This document shows positions 36,143 to 45,256 of a stretch of 59,501 nucleotides of DNA, one piece after another. Both the position numbers and the translations under genes were made by a program. Location of the stretch: contig RZYW01000002.1 of assembly GCA_009930175.1 (NCBI GenBank), positions 1 to 59,501 of the forward strand. Direction: 5' to 3'. The notes under the pieces are model-generated. The model did not search any database and had not been told where the DNA came from. It was given only the letters and a program-made list of their open reading frames with translations. Every line of letters begins with the position of its first letter. Position 1 is the stretch's first letter. This stretch comes from Clostridia bacterium. Lineage in GTDB: Bacteria > Bacillota > Peptococcia > Peptococcales > SKKY01.

Positions 36143-37186
36143 GTGGAGTTTTTAGATAATATTTTTTTATATGGAACATCAATAATTAGAAGTATTATTA
36201 CTTGGATTGGTTTTGATCCTGCTATTACAAACATGATAATGGCAGCTGTATATACCGTCGCAATCCTTGTAATTTGTACACTGGTTGCTTTGTTTTATGT
36301 TTTATATGAAAGAAAACTTGCAGGTTTTATTCAATATCGTCCAGGCCCAAATAAACTTGGCCCTTTTGGTTTATTCCAGACAGTAGCTGATGCAGTAAAA
36401 CTATTAACCAAAGAAGATATAGTACCCAGGAATGCTGATAAAGCATTACATTTTTTAGCTCCGTTGTTTGTATTTATTCCTCCAATTCTTGCATTAGGTG
36501 CAATACCTTTTGGGAATAAATTAGTAGCTGTTGATCTGAATATTGGTATGTTATACATTTTGGCTGTAACATCACTTTCAACTATACCTTTCTTTCTGGC
36601 GGGTTGGTCCTCAAATAATAAGTACACAATGCTTGGAGCAATGAGAGCTGTAAGTCAAAAAATCAGTTATGAAATACCAGTTATTTTTTCCGTATTGGCA
36701 ATAACAATGATTGCGGGAAGTTTAAATATGTCTGAGGTAGTTGGCATGCAGGGAAAATTATGGTTTGTATTCGTTCAGCCATTATCGTTTCTTATTTTTT
36801 TTATTGCAGGAATTGCCGAAACCAACAGGGCTCCTTTTGATCTTCCCGAAGGAGAATCAGAACTTACAGCAGGTTACTTAACAGAGTATTCTGGAATGAA
36901 ATGGGCTCTTTTTTTCCTTGCAGAATATTGTAGTATGTTTGTTTTTAGTGCAATGGCTACAACACTTTTCTTAGGTGGCTGGCTGGGACCTGTTTTGCCA
37001 GGGTGGATGTGGTTTGTATTGAAAGTTCATGTTTTGATGACTGTAATTATATGGATTCGCTGGACTTTTCCTAGAATCAGAGTAGATAAACTTCTTGAAT
37101 TCAATTGGAAAATTCTTATTCCAGCTTCGATTTTAAATATCTTTGCTACTGGCATTGGTGTGTATTTGTTCAACAATTTTTTTTAA
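36143..37186 (+). CDS. nuoH: NADH-quinone oxidoreductase subunit H
   Basis: ERKLAGFIQYRPGPNKLGPFGLFQ and ETNRAPFDLPEGESEL. Confidence 0.94.
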   Translation: MEFLDNIFLYGTSIIRSIITWIGFDPAITNMIMAAVYTVAILVICTLVALFYVLYERKLAGFIQYRPGPNKLGPFGLFQTVADAVKLLTKEDIVPRNADKALHFLAPLFVFIPPILALGAIPFGNKLVAVDLNIGMLYILAVTSLSTIPFFLAGWSSNNKYTMLGAMRAVSQKISYEIPVIFSVLAITMIAGSLNMSEVVGMQGKLWFVFVQPLSFLIFFIAGIAETNRAPFDLPEGESELTAGYLTEYSGMKWALFFLAEYCSMFVFSAMATTLFLGGWLGPVLPGWMWFVLKVHVLMTVIIWIRWTFPRIRVDKLLEFNWKILIPASILNIFATGIGVYLFNNFF

Positions 37187-37198
37187 GGGGGTGTTTTT

Positions 37199-37660
37199 TT
37201 GTTCAGTTTTTGGGGAAAAGGGCTGCTTAAAGGCTTATCTGTAACTGGAAAAGTAATTTTCAGAAAAAATCTCACGGAAGAATATCCTCTGGTAAAACCT
37301 AATATTCCTTCTCAGTGGAGAGGGGGTTTTGCTTATGAAAAAGATAAATGCATTGCCTGCGGGATATGTGTTTTAGAGTGCCCAAACGATGCGATTTTAC
37401 TAGTAAAAGAGAAAGATGAGAACAATAAAAATGTTCCGAAAGAATATAAGATTAATCTTGGCTATTGTTTGTCTTGCGGGTTATGCGTAGAAAGTTGCCC
37501 GGTTAACTGCATACATTTTACAAAAGAATTTGAGTCAGCAACATATTTAAAAAAAGAATCAGTTTTAGATTTGTTCAATAACCAAAATTTAGAGGCAGAA
37601 AGATCAACCTATGGTAAACCTGTTGAAAAGAAAGAGGAAAAAGAGGAGGGGATATTGTGA
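37199..37660 (+). CDS. nuoI: NADH-quinone oxidoreductase subunit I (2x[4Fe-4S])
   Basis: CIACGICVLECP and CLSCGLCVESCP. Confidence 0.92.
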   Translation: MFSFWGKGLLKGLSVTGKVIFRKNLTEEYPLVKPNIPSQWRGGFAYEKDKCIACGICVLECPNDAILLVKEKDENNKNVPKEYKINLGYCLSCGLCVESCPVNCIHFTKEFESATYLKKESVLDLFNNQNLEAERSTYGKPVEKKEEKEEGIL

Positions 37661-38202
37661 GTCTTAGTTTAATATTGTCATATTTTGAAATGATAAACTG
37701 GCATACAATAGCTTTTTATATTATTTCTATCTTTCTTATATCTTCTGCTGTCTATGTTGTACTTACTGGTAATATCGTAAGAAGTGTTATAGCATTGATT
37801 TTCACTTTTTTAATGACGGCAGGTATTTATTTTCTTCTGCAAGCAGAATTCATTGCTGTTGTTCAAATGTTGATATATGCAGGAGCAATATCTGTACTAA
37901 TTGTATTTAGTGTAATGCTGATAACAGACAGAGATAAAAATATCAATGAGACAAGTCCTTTTTCACACAATTTGTTTTTTGGCAGTATTGCATCAGGTTT
38001 GTTTTATTTGGCTGTTTCTATAACGGTACATAATACTTCGTGGAATGTTACTCTCAAAAATAAAGAATTTACTGACATTAGTTTAATAGCACGAGGTTTT
38101 TTAACAGAAAATGTAATTGCCTTTGAATTAGCAGCTGTGTTACTTCTTGTAGCCCTCGCTGCGGCAATTTTTATTATAAAGGAGGTCAAGGATGATAACT
38201 AA
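37657..38202 (+). CDS. nuoJ: NADH-quinone oxidoreductase subunit J
   Basis: 181 aa, polytopic. AVVQMLIYAGAISVLIVF is typical of NuoJ. It sits in the conserved position. Confidence 0.88.
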   Translation: MSLSLILSYFEMINWHTIAFYIISIFLISSAVYVVLTGNIVRSVIALIFTFLMTAGIYFLLQAEFIAVVQMLIYAGAISVLIVFSVMLITDRDKNINETSPFSHNLFFGSIASGLFYLAVSITVHNTSWNVTLKNKEFTDISLIARGFLTENVIAFELAAVLLLVALAAAIFIIKEVKDDN

Positions 38203-38512
38203 TAGTATTGGATTATCTCAGTACCTTTTACTCAGCAGCCTTATTTTCTCAATAGGAATTTTTGGAGTTTTAACAAAAAAACATATTATTTCAGTACTGT
38301 TTTCAATTGAATTAATGTTGAATGCAGTAAACATAAATTTAGTTGCTTTTAATAAATTTTTACCAGATGTTTTTGTTGCTGGTCAAATCTTTGCACTTTT
38401 TATCATAGTAGTTGCTGCAGCAGAAATTGCAATTGGCCTGGCAATAAGTATTGTAATTTTTAGAGGCAAAGGGACTCTTGTTCTTGAGGATTTCAATTTA
38501 TTAAAACACTAA
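38192..38512 (+). CDS. nuoK: NADH-quinone oxidoreductase subunit K
   Basis: 106 aa, 3 TM helices, SIELMLNAVNINLVAF. Confidence 0.9.
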   Translation: MITNSIGLSQYLLLSSLIFSIGIFGVLTKKHIISVLFSIELMLNAVNINLVAFNKFLPDVFVAGQIFALFIIVVAAAEIAIGLAISIVIFRGKGTLVLEDFNLLKH

Positions 38513-38530
38513 AAATATTGGAGGATTTAA

Positions 38531-40498
38531 ATGGGAGATTTATTTTGGCTGTATCCTTTGCCCCTTTTGGCTGCATTGATAATAATCTTTATTTTTGGGG
38601 ATCAACTTCAAGAAAAAAGTGGTCTCATTGGGGCGGTAGGATCGGGATTAGTTTTTATATTATCCATTACTTTGGCACCAGCAGTATTTTCTGGCGATAA
38701 ACTTGTCTATTCATTTCAGTGGTTCCCAGGAGTCAATTTGGGTTTCAGAATTGATGGATTAAGCTGGATAATGTTAATCGTTGTAACTTTTTTGGTTTCG
38801 TTAATATTGTTATATTCATATTCATATATGGAACACGAAAAAGGTCTAAGAAGGTTTTTTTCCTTTATGGTTCTTTTTGGTTTTTCAATGGTTCAGTTAA
38901 TTGTTGCCGACAACCTTCTTCAATTGTTTATTGCATGGGAAATAATGGGGCTGTGTTCTTATTCTTTGATAGGTTTTTATTTTGAGAAAAGCAGTGCCGC
39001 TTCAGCTGGGAAAAAGGCTTTTTTAACAACAAAAGTTGGGGATGTTTTTATGCTGCTGGGAATACTGGTTCTTTATGCAGCGACCGGCTCATTTAATTAT
39101 GATGAAATCTTTTCTGCGGCTTCTTCAGGTTTGATTTCTCTATCAGAAATTGCATTGGCAACTTTGTTTATTTTTGGTGGTGTAGTTGGTAAATCAGCTC
39201 AATTTCCTCTGCATATCTGGCTTCCAGATGCAATGGAAGGGCCTACACCTGTTTCAGCTTTGATCCATGCTGCTGCAATGGTAAAAGCGGGTATGTATCT
39301 CATGATTCGTCTTTATCCTCTTTATGAAGTTTCCGAGTTTACTTTAAAGATTATTATGATAGTTGGTACGATTACAGTATTATTTGCAGCCCTGATGGCT
39401 ATATTTGCTGATGATTTTAAACAGGTACTTGCTTTTTCAACAATTAGTCAATTAGGTTATATGACTGTTGCTCTGGGATGTCTTGGGGCGTTCCCTGCAC
39501 TTCTTCATGTTATTAATCATGCTTTTTTTAAAGCGCTTTTGTTCTTAGGTGCAGGCTCAGTAATACATTCTGTTGGCACAGGCGATATTAGAAAGATGGG
39601 TGGAGTTTTTAAATACCAGAAGATTACAGGATCTGCAATGCTTTTAGGTACTCTCTCTATTGCTGGTATCCCGGGATTCAGTGGTTTTGTCAGTAAGGAT
39701 GAAATATTGTTACAAGTATATGAACACGGAAGCCTGTTTTCATATTATATTCTTCTATTAACAGGAATGCTGACGGCTTTCTATATGTTTCGACTATATT
39801 TCATGGTCTTTACAAGAGAAAAAAGATCAGATTATCATGGACACGAATCTCCCGTGAGCATGCTGATACCTTTGGTTTTATTGGGAATAGCAGCAGTATT
39901 TTCAGGAAGATTAAAAAATCCTTTAATGGGATTACTTAACATAACAGAAACGGCACATCACAATAACATTGTAGTATATTCATCTGTTGCGGCAGCTTTA
40001 ATTGGTATTGTCGGTGCACTTTTGATTTACTATCTGAAAATAATAGACATAAAGAATTATGACAGTGTAATCTCAGGGCCAAAAAAGTTTTTCCAAAACA
40101 GATATTATTTTGATTATTTTGTTGAGGAGATTATTTGTAAGTATTTTGTTAAAATTTCTGGAATGATTACAATGGCAATAGAAAGGTGGATTTTTGATGG
40201 CATAGTAATTTTTGCAGCAAAGTCTATTAAAATTATTTCAAATTATACAAAAGTTGCAGATCAATATATAGTTGATGGTTTTGTAAATAAGACAGCTGCA
40301 ATTACCAAAACTTTTTCTGGGATATCAAATTTTATAGATATTTATATATTTGACGGGGCAGTCAGATTTATCGAGATAGTAACCGTAAGGAAAGGAGAAA
40401 TAATGCTTTATTGGAATAATGGCAAGATACAGACATATCTTTTATGGACTGTAGTAGGAATTATCTTAATCGTTTCTCTTATTGGGGGTGTCTTTTAA
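38531..40498 (+). CDS. nuoL: NADH-quinone oxidoreductase subunit L
   Basis: 655 aa with WEIMGLCSYSLIGFY and PLHIWLPDAMEGPTPVSALIHAAAMV, plus a long C-terminal extension consistent with the lateral helix. Confidence 0.93.
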   Translation: MGDLFWLYPLPLLAALIIIFIFGDQLQEKSGLIGAVGSGLVFILSITLAPAVFSGDKLVYSFQWFPGVNLGFRIDGLSWIMLIVVTFLVSLILLYSYSYMEHEKGLRRFFSFMVLFGFSMVQLIVADNLLQLFIAWEIMGLCSYSLIGFYFEKSSAASAGKKAFLTTKVGDVFMLLGILVLYAATGSFNYDEIFSAASSGLISLSEIALATLFIFGGVVGKSAQFPLHIWLPDAMEGPTPVSALIHAAAMVKAGMYLMIRLYPLYEVSEFTLKIIMIVGTITVLFAALMAIFADDFKQVLAFSTISQLGYMTVALGCLGAFPALLHVINHAFFKALLFLGAGSVIHSVGTGDIRKMGGVFKYQKITGSAMLLGTLSIAGIPGFSGFVSKDEILLQVYEHGSLFSYYILLLTGMLTAFYMFRLYFMVFTREKRSDYHGHESPVSMLIPLVLLGIAAVFSGRLKNPLMGLLNITETAHHNNIVVYSSVAAALIGIVGALLIYYLKIIDIKNYDSVISGPKKFFQNRYYFDYFVEEIICKYFVKISGMITMAIERWIFDGIVIFAAKSIKIISNYTKVADQYIVDGFVNKTAAITKTFSGISNFIDIYIFDGAVRFIEIVTVRKGEIMLYWNNGKIQTYLLWTVVGIILIVSLIGGVF

Positions 40499-41976
40499 TG
40501 AATTGGTTATTCTTGATAATGGTTTTCTTCCCTAGTTTTGTCGGGATTATGCTTTTAGTTAAAAAAATGACGGACAGGACAGCGAAGTGGATCGCACTGA
40601 CCAGCTCGAGTATTGTTTTTTTGATTTCTCTTTACTTTTATTATATGTTCGACAAAACAACATCTTCTTTTCAATTTATTATTCATGTAAATTGGATAGA
40701 ATCCTTAGGATCATCTTTTGCTTTTGGAATGGATGGAATCAGTATGTCTCTGGTGCTGCTGACAACTTTACTGGTAGTTGTCGTTATGATCTTTATGGAT
40801 TATCACTCAGATGATGTTAAAGAATTTTTAGGATTTACTCTCATTTTGGAAACAGCACTATTAGGAGTTTTTGTTGCTCTTGATTTTCTACTTTTTTATG
40901 TATTTTGGGAACTGGTTCTTATACCAATGTATTTTATGATTCTTCATTGGGGTGGACCAAGAAGGGTATATGCTTCTATTAAGTTTTTTATATATACACA
41001 TGTTGGAAGTTTCCTTATACTTGTAGGAATTATTGCAATGTATTTCTATAAAGGATCAGCAGATGGCGTTTATACGTTAAGCATCCTTTCTTATTTGGAT
41101 TATAATTTTTCTGACAAATTTCAATTAATAGTATTTCCAATGATTTTTATTGGGTTTGCAATTAAGCTTCCTTTGGTTCCTTTTCATACCTGGCTCCCAG
41201 ATGCTCACGTTGAAGCACCAACAGGCGGAAGTATGCTTCTAGCGGGAGTTCTGCTTAAGATGGGTGGATATGGTCTTATCAGAATTGGTTTTACAATATT
41301 TCCTGTAGCTGTAAATCATTATGCTTATATAATGGCTGTTTTCGGTGTAGTCAGTATGCTTTATGGAGCACTTTTAGCTCTCGCCCAGGATGATTTGAAA
41401 AAAATGGTAGCGTATTCTAGTGTAAGTCATATGGGTTCGGTTGTTCTTGGATTAGCTGCTTTAAACATCAACGGATTCAATGGAGCAACTTATCAATTAT
41501 TTGCTCATGGAATAATTTCCGCAATGTTATTTATGTTATGTGGAATATTGCAATATTCTTTTAAAACCAGAAGTATTTCAAAGCTTGGAGGACTTGCACA
41601 AATAGTTCCGAAAATGACGGTTTTCTATGTTTTTGCCTTTATAGCCTCTTTAGGTCTTCCAGGTTTAGCAGGTTTTGTTGCCGAGATAAATGTTTTAATG
41701 GGTGCATTCCAAGCTTTTAAATATCTGCTTGCAGTTGCTTTAGTATCTTTAATAGTAACTGCGGGATATTACCTGCTTGCTTTGCAGAAAGTGTTTTTTG
41801 GAGATATAAAACAATCTCTGGTCGGTGGTGAGTTTGCTGATCTAAAGATAAACGAAAAAATAGCTCTTATGACGCTTACTGTTTTAATTGTAATTTTTGG
41901 TCTTGTTCCTGGTCCACTTATAGAATTATTTAATTTATCCAATTTAGAAATATTGGCTCGAATTGGAGGAGTATAA
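40498..41976 (+). CDS. nuoM: NADH-quinone oxidoreductase subunit M
   Basis: PFHTWLPDAHVEAPTGGSMLLAGVLLKMGGYG. ATG 40498 overlaps the nuoL stop (TAATG). Confidence 0.92.
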   Translation: MNWLFLIMVFFPSFVGIMLLVKKMTDRTAKWIALTSSSIVFLISLYFYYMFDKTTSSFQFIIHVNWIESLGSSFAFGMDGISMSLVLLTTLLVVVVMIFMDYHSDDVKEFLGFTLILETALLGVFVALDFLLFYVFWELVLIPMYFMILHWGGPRRVYASIKFFIYTHVGSFLILVGIIAMYFYKGSADGVYTLSILSYLDYNFSDKFQLIVFPMIFIGFAIKLPLVPFHTWLPDAHVEAPTGGSMLLAGVLLKMGGYGLIRIGFTIFPVAVNHYAYIMAVFGVVSMLYGALLALAQDDLKKMVAYSSVSHMGSVVLGLAALNINGFNGATYQLFAHGIISAMLFMLCGILQYSFKTRSISKLGGLAQIVPKMTVFYVFAFIASLGLPGLAGFVAEINVLMGAFQAFKYLLAVALVSLIVTAGYYLLALQKVFFGDIKQSLVGGEFADLKINEKIALMTLTVLIVIFGLVPGPLIELFNLSNLEILARIGGV

Positions 41977-41978
41977 TA

Positions 41979-43415
41979 ATGAATAGTATAAATTACTATG
42001 ACTTCTTTTTTCTTTCTCCAGAGATAATTTTTGTGTTGGCAGGACTTGTATTACTTTTCTTAAGAAGACAAAAATACCTGTGTTTTCTTCTTATAATTGG
42101 AGGTACAGGACTTTCAATGGTATTAAATATACTTATGTTTAATGTTAACAAAGATATTATTTATAATACGATGGAAGTTAGTGATTTAAGTGTTTTGTTA
42201 AGGGTCATTATTTTAGCAGGGACATTAATTTTTATTATAAGCACTAAGGAATTTGCATTTAATCTTGAATATACAAATATGTATTATGCTTTTCTTTCAT
42301 TTGCTTCTTTAGGGATGATTATTCTTCCCTCTGCAAAGGATCTTCTTACAATTTTTATTGCTTTTGAACTAACCAGTATTTCAACCTATGCCTTACCTTT
42401 TATTGACCAGAAATCTGAAAACCGTTTTGAGGCAGGGATTAAGTATTTCCTCACAGGAGCATTTTCATCTGGGTTAATATTATTTGGCATGAGTTATGTT
42501 TTTGGAATGACAGGAACACTGAATCTATCCGAAATAGCTGTTAATATTGCACCTTACCAGGGTTCGCCAATATTATATCTTGCTTTCATGTTGATGTTAG
42601 CAGGATTTTCATACAAGATGGCTTTAGCTCCTTTTCATTTATGGGCACCAGATACGTATTCGGGTTCTCCAAGTCCTGTGAGTGGTTATCTTGCAGGAAT
42701 AACCAAAAAAGGTCCTTTTGTAGCTGCGTTTAAGATATTTTTAGTTGGTTTTGCAGCGATAAAGCTAGAACAGTCTTTTGCTTTAGGTTTCCTTGCGATT
42801 CTTACAATGACAACTGGAAATTTGGCGGCACTGGTTCAAAAAAATGTAAAAAGAATGATTGCATTTTCCAGTGTGGCTAACGCTGGTACCATACTTGTTG
42901 GATTTTCTGTTGGCAATTTATATGGTTTATCGGGAGCAATTATTCATATTGCCGGACATTTAGTTATGACAGTTGGAGCTTTCATGGTTATTTGGTATAT
43001 CGAAGAAACCAGAGATAATTCTGAAATTGATTCTTTTGCCGGATTAAACAAAAGTAATCCTTTATTGGCCATTTCAATGGTAGTATTTATGATGTCTTTA
43101 GGGGGAATTCCGCCGCTCTTGGGCTTCTGGAGTAAAATTGTTATTATACTTGGAGCAGTTGATGCAGGAGGGTTATATTTTTTTCTCGCTGTTGCTCTGA
43201 TCCTTAACTCAGCATTATCCTTGGTTTATTACTTTAGAGTCATTAAATATATGTATATGAAAGAGCCTCTTGTACCTGAAAATATAAAAGATGTTCCATT
43301 TGCTTTTGGCAAAGTAGGTATTGGTCTTTCGGCAGCATTAATAATAGTTTCTGGCCTTGTGCCAGGAAAATTTGTACAGATTGTAATAAATGCAGTGGAA
43401 ATATTTATAGGATAA
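41979..43415 (+). CDS. nuoN: NADH-quinone oxidoreductase subunit N
   Basis: 478 aa with APFHLWAPDTYSGSPSPVSGYL. Confidence 0.92.
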   Translation: MNSINYYDFFFLSPEIIFVLAGLVLLFLRRQKYLCFLLIIGGTGLSMVLNILMFNVNKDIIYNTMEVSDLSVLLRVIILAGTLIFIISTKEFAFNLEYTNMYYAFLSFASLGMIILPSAKDLLTIFIAFELTSISTYALPFIDQKSENRFEAGIKYFLTGAFSSGLILFGMSYVFGMTGTLNLSEIAVNIAPYQGSPILYLAFMLMLAGFSYKMALAPFHLWAPDTYSGSPSPVSGYLAGITKKGPFVAAFKIFLVGFAAIKLEQSFALGFLAILTMTTGNLAALVQKNVKRMIAFSSVANAGTILVGFSVGNLYGLSGAIIHIAGHLVMTVGAFMVIWYIEETRDNSEIDSFAGLNKSNPLLAISMVVFMMSLGGIPPLLGFWSKIVIILGAVDAGGLYFFLAVALILNSALSLVYYFRVIKYMYMKEPLVPENIKDVPFAFGKVGIGLSAALIIVSGLVPGKFVQIVINAVEIFIG

Positions 43416-43432
43416 AGGGGGAATAAGGCAAA

Positions 43433-44887
43433 ATGCTTACAACAATTATCTTTTTACCGGTACTTACAGCTTTAATTATCATGATGTATAAAGACAATAC
43501 CGAGATACCAAAAAAACTTGCTTTATTCACTTCTTTAGTCCTTTTAGGTATGGGAATTTTTGCATATTTGGGTTTTGACGGCAGCAATCCCGACTTTCAG
43601 TATGTAGAAAAATTAGCTTGGTTTCCTGGAATGGGAATAAATTATTATCTTGGAACAGACGGTATCAGTTTTCCTCTGATTTTGCTGACCCTTATTTTGA
43701 CGCCTTTGGTAGTGTATTTTTCCTGGGATCAGAAAAAGAGACCAGCCTTATATTTTGCTCTTTTCATGATTATTGAAGCAGGGGTAATAGGAGTTTTTTC
43801 CAGCTTGGACTTTATTCTTTTCTTTATATTCTGGGAAATAGTTCTTATTCCTATGTTTTTTGTAATAGGGATCTGGGGCGGAGCGAGAAAAGAATATGCT
43901 TCATTTAAATTTCTGATTTATACTCATATAGCAAGTCTTGTACTTTTAATAGGTATATTTGCCATGTATTTTCATGGAAGAGAAATATTGGGAGAAAGAA
44001 CTTTTTCAATTCCTCAGTTAACAGAGGCAGCTTTCTCAATGGAGTTTCAAATGCTTTGGTTCCCAATTTTATTTTTAGCTTTTGCCGTTAAGATACCTAT
44101 TGTGCCTTTCCATACCTGGTTACCTGATGCTCACGTTGAAGCACCTACTGGAGGAAGTGCAATGCTTGCGGGGGTACTTTTGAAAATGGGGACATATGGT
44201 ATTTTAAGAGTTGCTTATTTAATGAATCCAGATGCAGTTTCTCATTATGTAATTCCAGTTGTAATACTTGGTTTATTAAATGTTATATATGGAGCCTTAG
44301 TCGCTCTTAAGCAAGATGATTTAAAGAAAATGATTGCTTATTCAAGTATCAGTCACATGGGTTTTGTAGTTTTAGGTATTCAAAGCTATAATTTATATGG
44401 TTTAAAGGGAGCTGTTTTTCAAATGGTAGCTCACGGACTTATTTCTGCTGCATTATTCATGTCTTGCGGAACAGTCCAATATGCTACTGGAACAAGACGA
44501 ATCTCTTTATTACAGGGAATGTATAATAAAATGCCTGTTGGAATGACTTTAATGATAATTGGATTTTTTGCATCCATGGGTATGCCTGGATTTATTGGAT
44601 TTATTGGAGAATTTACAGTACTTCTTGGTTTCTATGAAGCCTATGGATTTTGGGTTGTTCTTTTAGGATTGGGTATTATTTTATCTGTAGCCTATTATTT
44701 ATGGGCTTTTCAAAGAGTTGCCTACGGACATACTCCAAAAAGTTTTTCTGGAGTAAAGGATATAAAAAGGAATGAAATTGTTGCAATTAGCTTATTACTT
44801 GCTGTAGTTGTATATTTTGGCTTGCAGCCGGAACATATTTTTACAATTATTGATGGGAAGGTAATCTCATTACTAAGTGGGTTTTAA
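43433..44887 (+). CDS. Second NuoM/NdhD-like antiporter-type subunit
   Basis: 484 aa. PFHTWLPDAHVEAPTGGSAMLAGVLLKMGTYG and DDLKKMIAYSSISHMG closely parallel the nuoM product. AAGGGGGA RBS. Confidence 0.9.
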   Translation: MLTTIIFLPVLTALIIMMYKDNTEIPKKLALFTSLVLLGMGIFAYLGFDGSNPDFQYVEKLAWFPGMGINYYLGTDGISFPLILLTLILTPLVVYFSWDQKKRPALYFALFMIIEAGVIGVFSSLDFILFFIFWEIVLIPMFFVIGIWGGARKEYASFKFLIYTHIASLVLLIGIFAMYFHGREILGERTFSIPQLTEAAFSMEFQMLWFPILFLAFAVKIPIVPFHTWLPDAHVEAPTGGSAMLAGVLLKMGTYGILRVAYLMNPDAVSHYVIPVVILGLLNVIYGALVALKQDDLKKMIAYSSISHMGFVVLGIQSYNLYGLKGAVFQMVAHGLISAALFMSCGTVQYATGTRRISLLQGMYNKMPVGMTLMIIGFFASMGMPGFIGFIGEFTVLLGFYEAYGFWVVLLGLGIILSVAYYLWAFQRVAYGHTPKSFSGVKDIKRNEIVAISLLLAVVVYFGLQPEHIFTIIDGKVISLLSGF

Positions 44888-44892
44888 AGAAA

Positions 44893-45237
44893 TTAAAATG
44901 CATCTTTAATATGCTCAATAATATAATCTTCTGGGGTACCCTGGAGGGAAATAAAATCAAAACGGCAGAATGCTTCATGAAGTTTATTTTTATGAAGAAA
45001 AAATTCTGCTGTTTTTTTTATTCTTTTTACTTTATTTTTTGTAATTGTTTCGGATGGGTGAATATTATCTTCACGGCTAAGACTACGAACTTCAATAAAA
45101 ACTATTGTATCTTTATCCTTCATTATTAAATCAATTTCTCCGTACTTCCAGCTAAAATTACAAAGAAGAGGGGAATACCCTGATTTTTCAAGATATTCCC
45201 CTGCAATTTTTTCAGCCCACTGTCCTTTATCATTCAT
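44893..45237 (-). CDS. yraN: YraN family (UPF0102) predicted endonuclease
   Basis: GQWAEKIAGEYLEKSGY...GEIDLIMKD...IVFIEVRS is typical of YraN. I chose ATG 45237; the track start at 45303 overlaps the larA-like gene. Confidence 0.85.
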   Translation of the reverse strand: MNDKGQWAEKIAGEYLEKSGYSPLLCNFSWKYGEIDLIMKDKDTIVFIEVRSLSREDNIHPSETITKNKVKRIKKTAEFFLHKNKLHEAFCRFDFISLQGTPEDYIIEHIKDAF

Positions 45238-45256
45238 AAATAATACCTGCCTGATT

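Noticed and set aside
38518-38700. A 60-aa ORF overlapping the nuoL start in another frame. Similar small overlapping + strand ORFs are 33852-34043, 40587-40814, 11182-11394, 25408-25596, 51300-51497 and 58610-58804.
   Set aside because: They are out-of-frame overlaps inside strongly supported genes, with no RBS and no recognisable motif.
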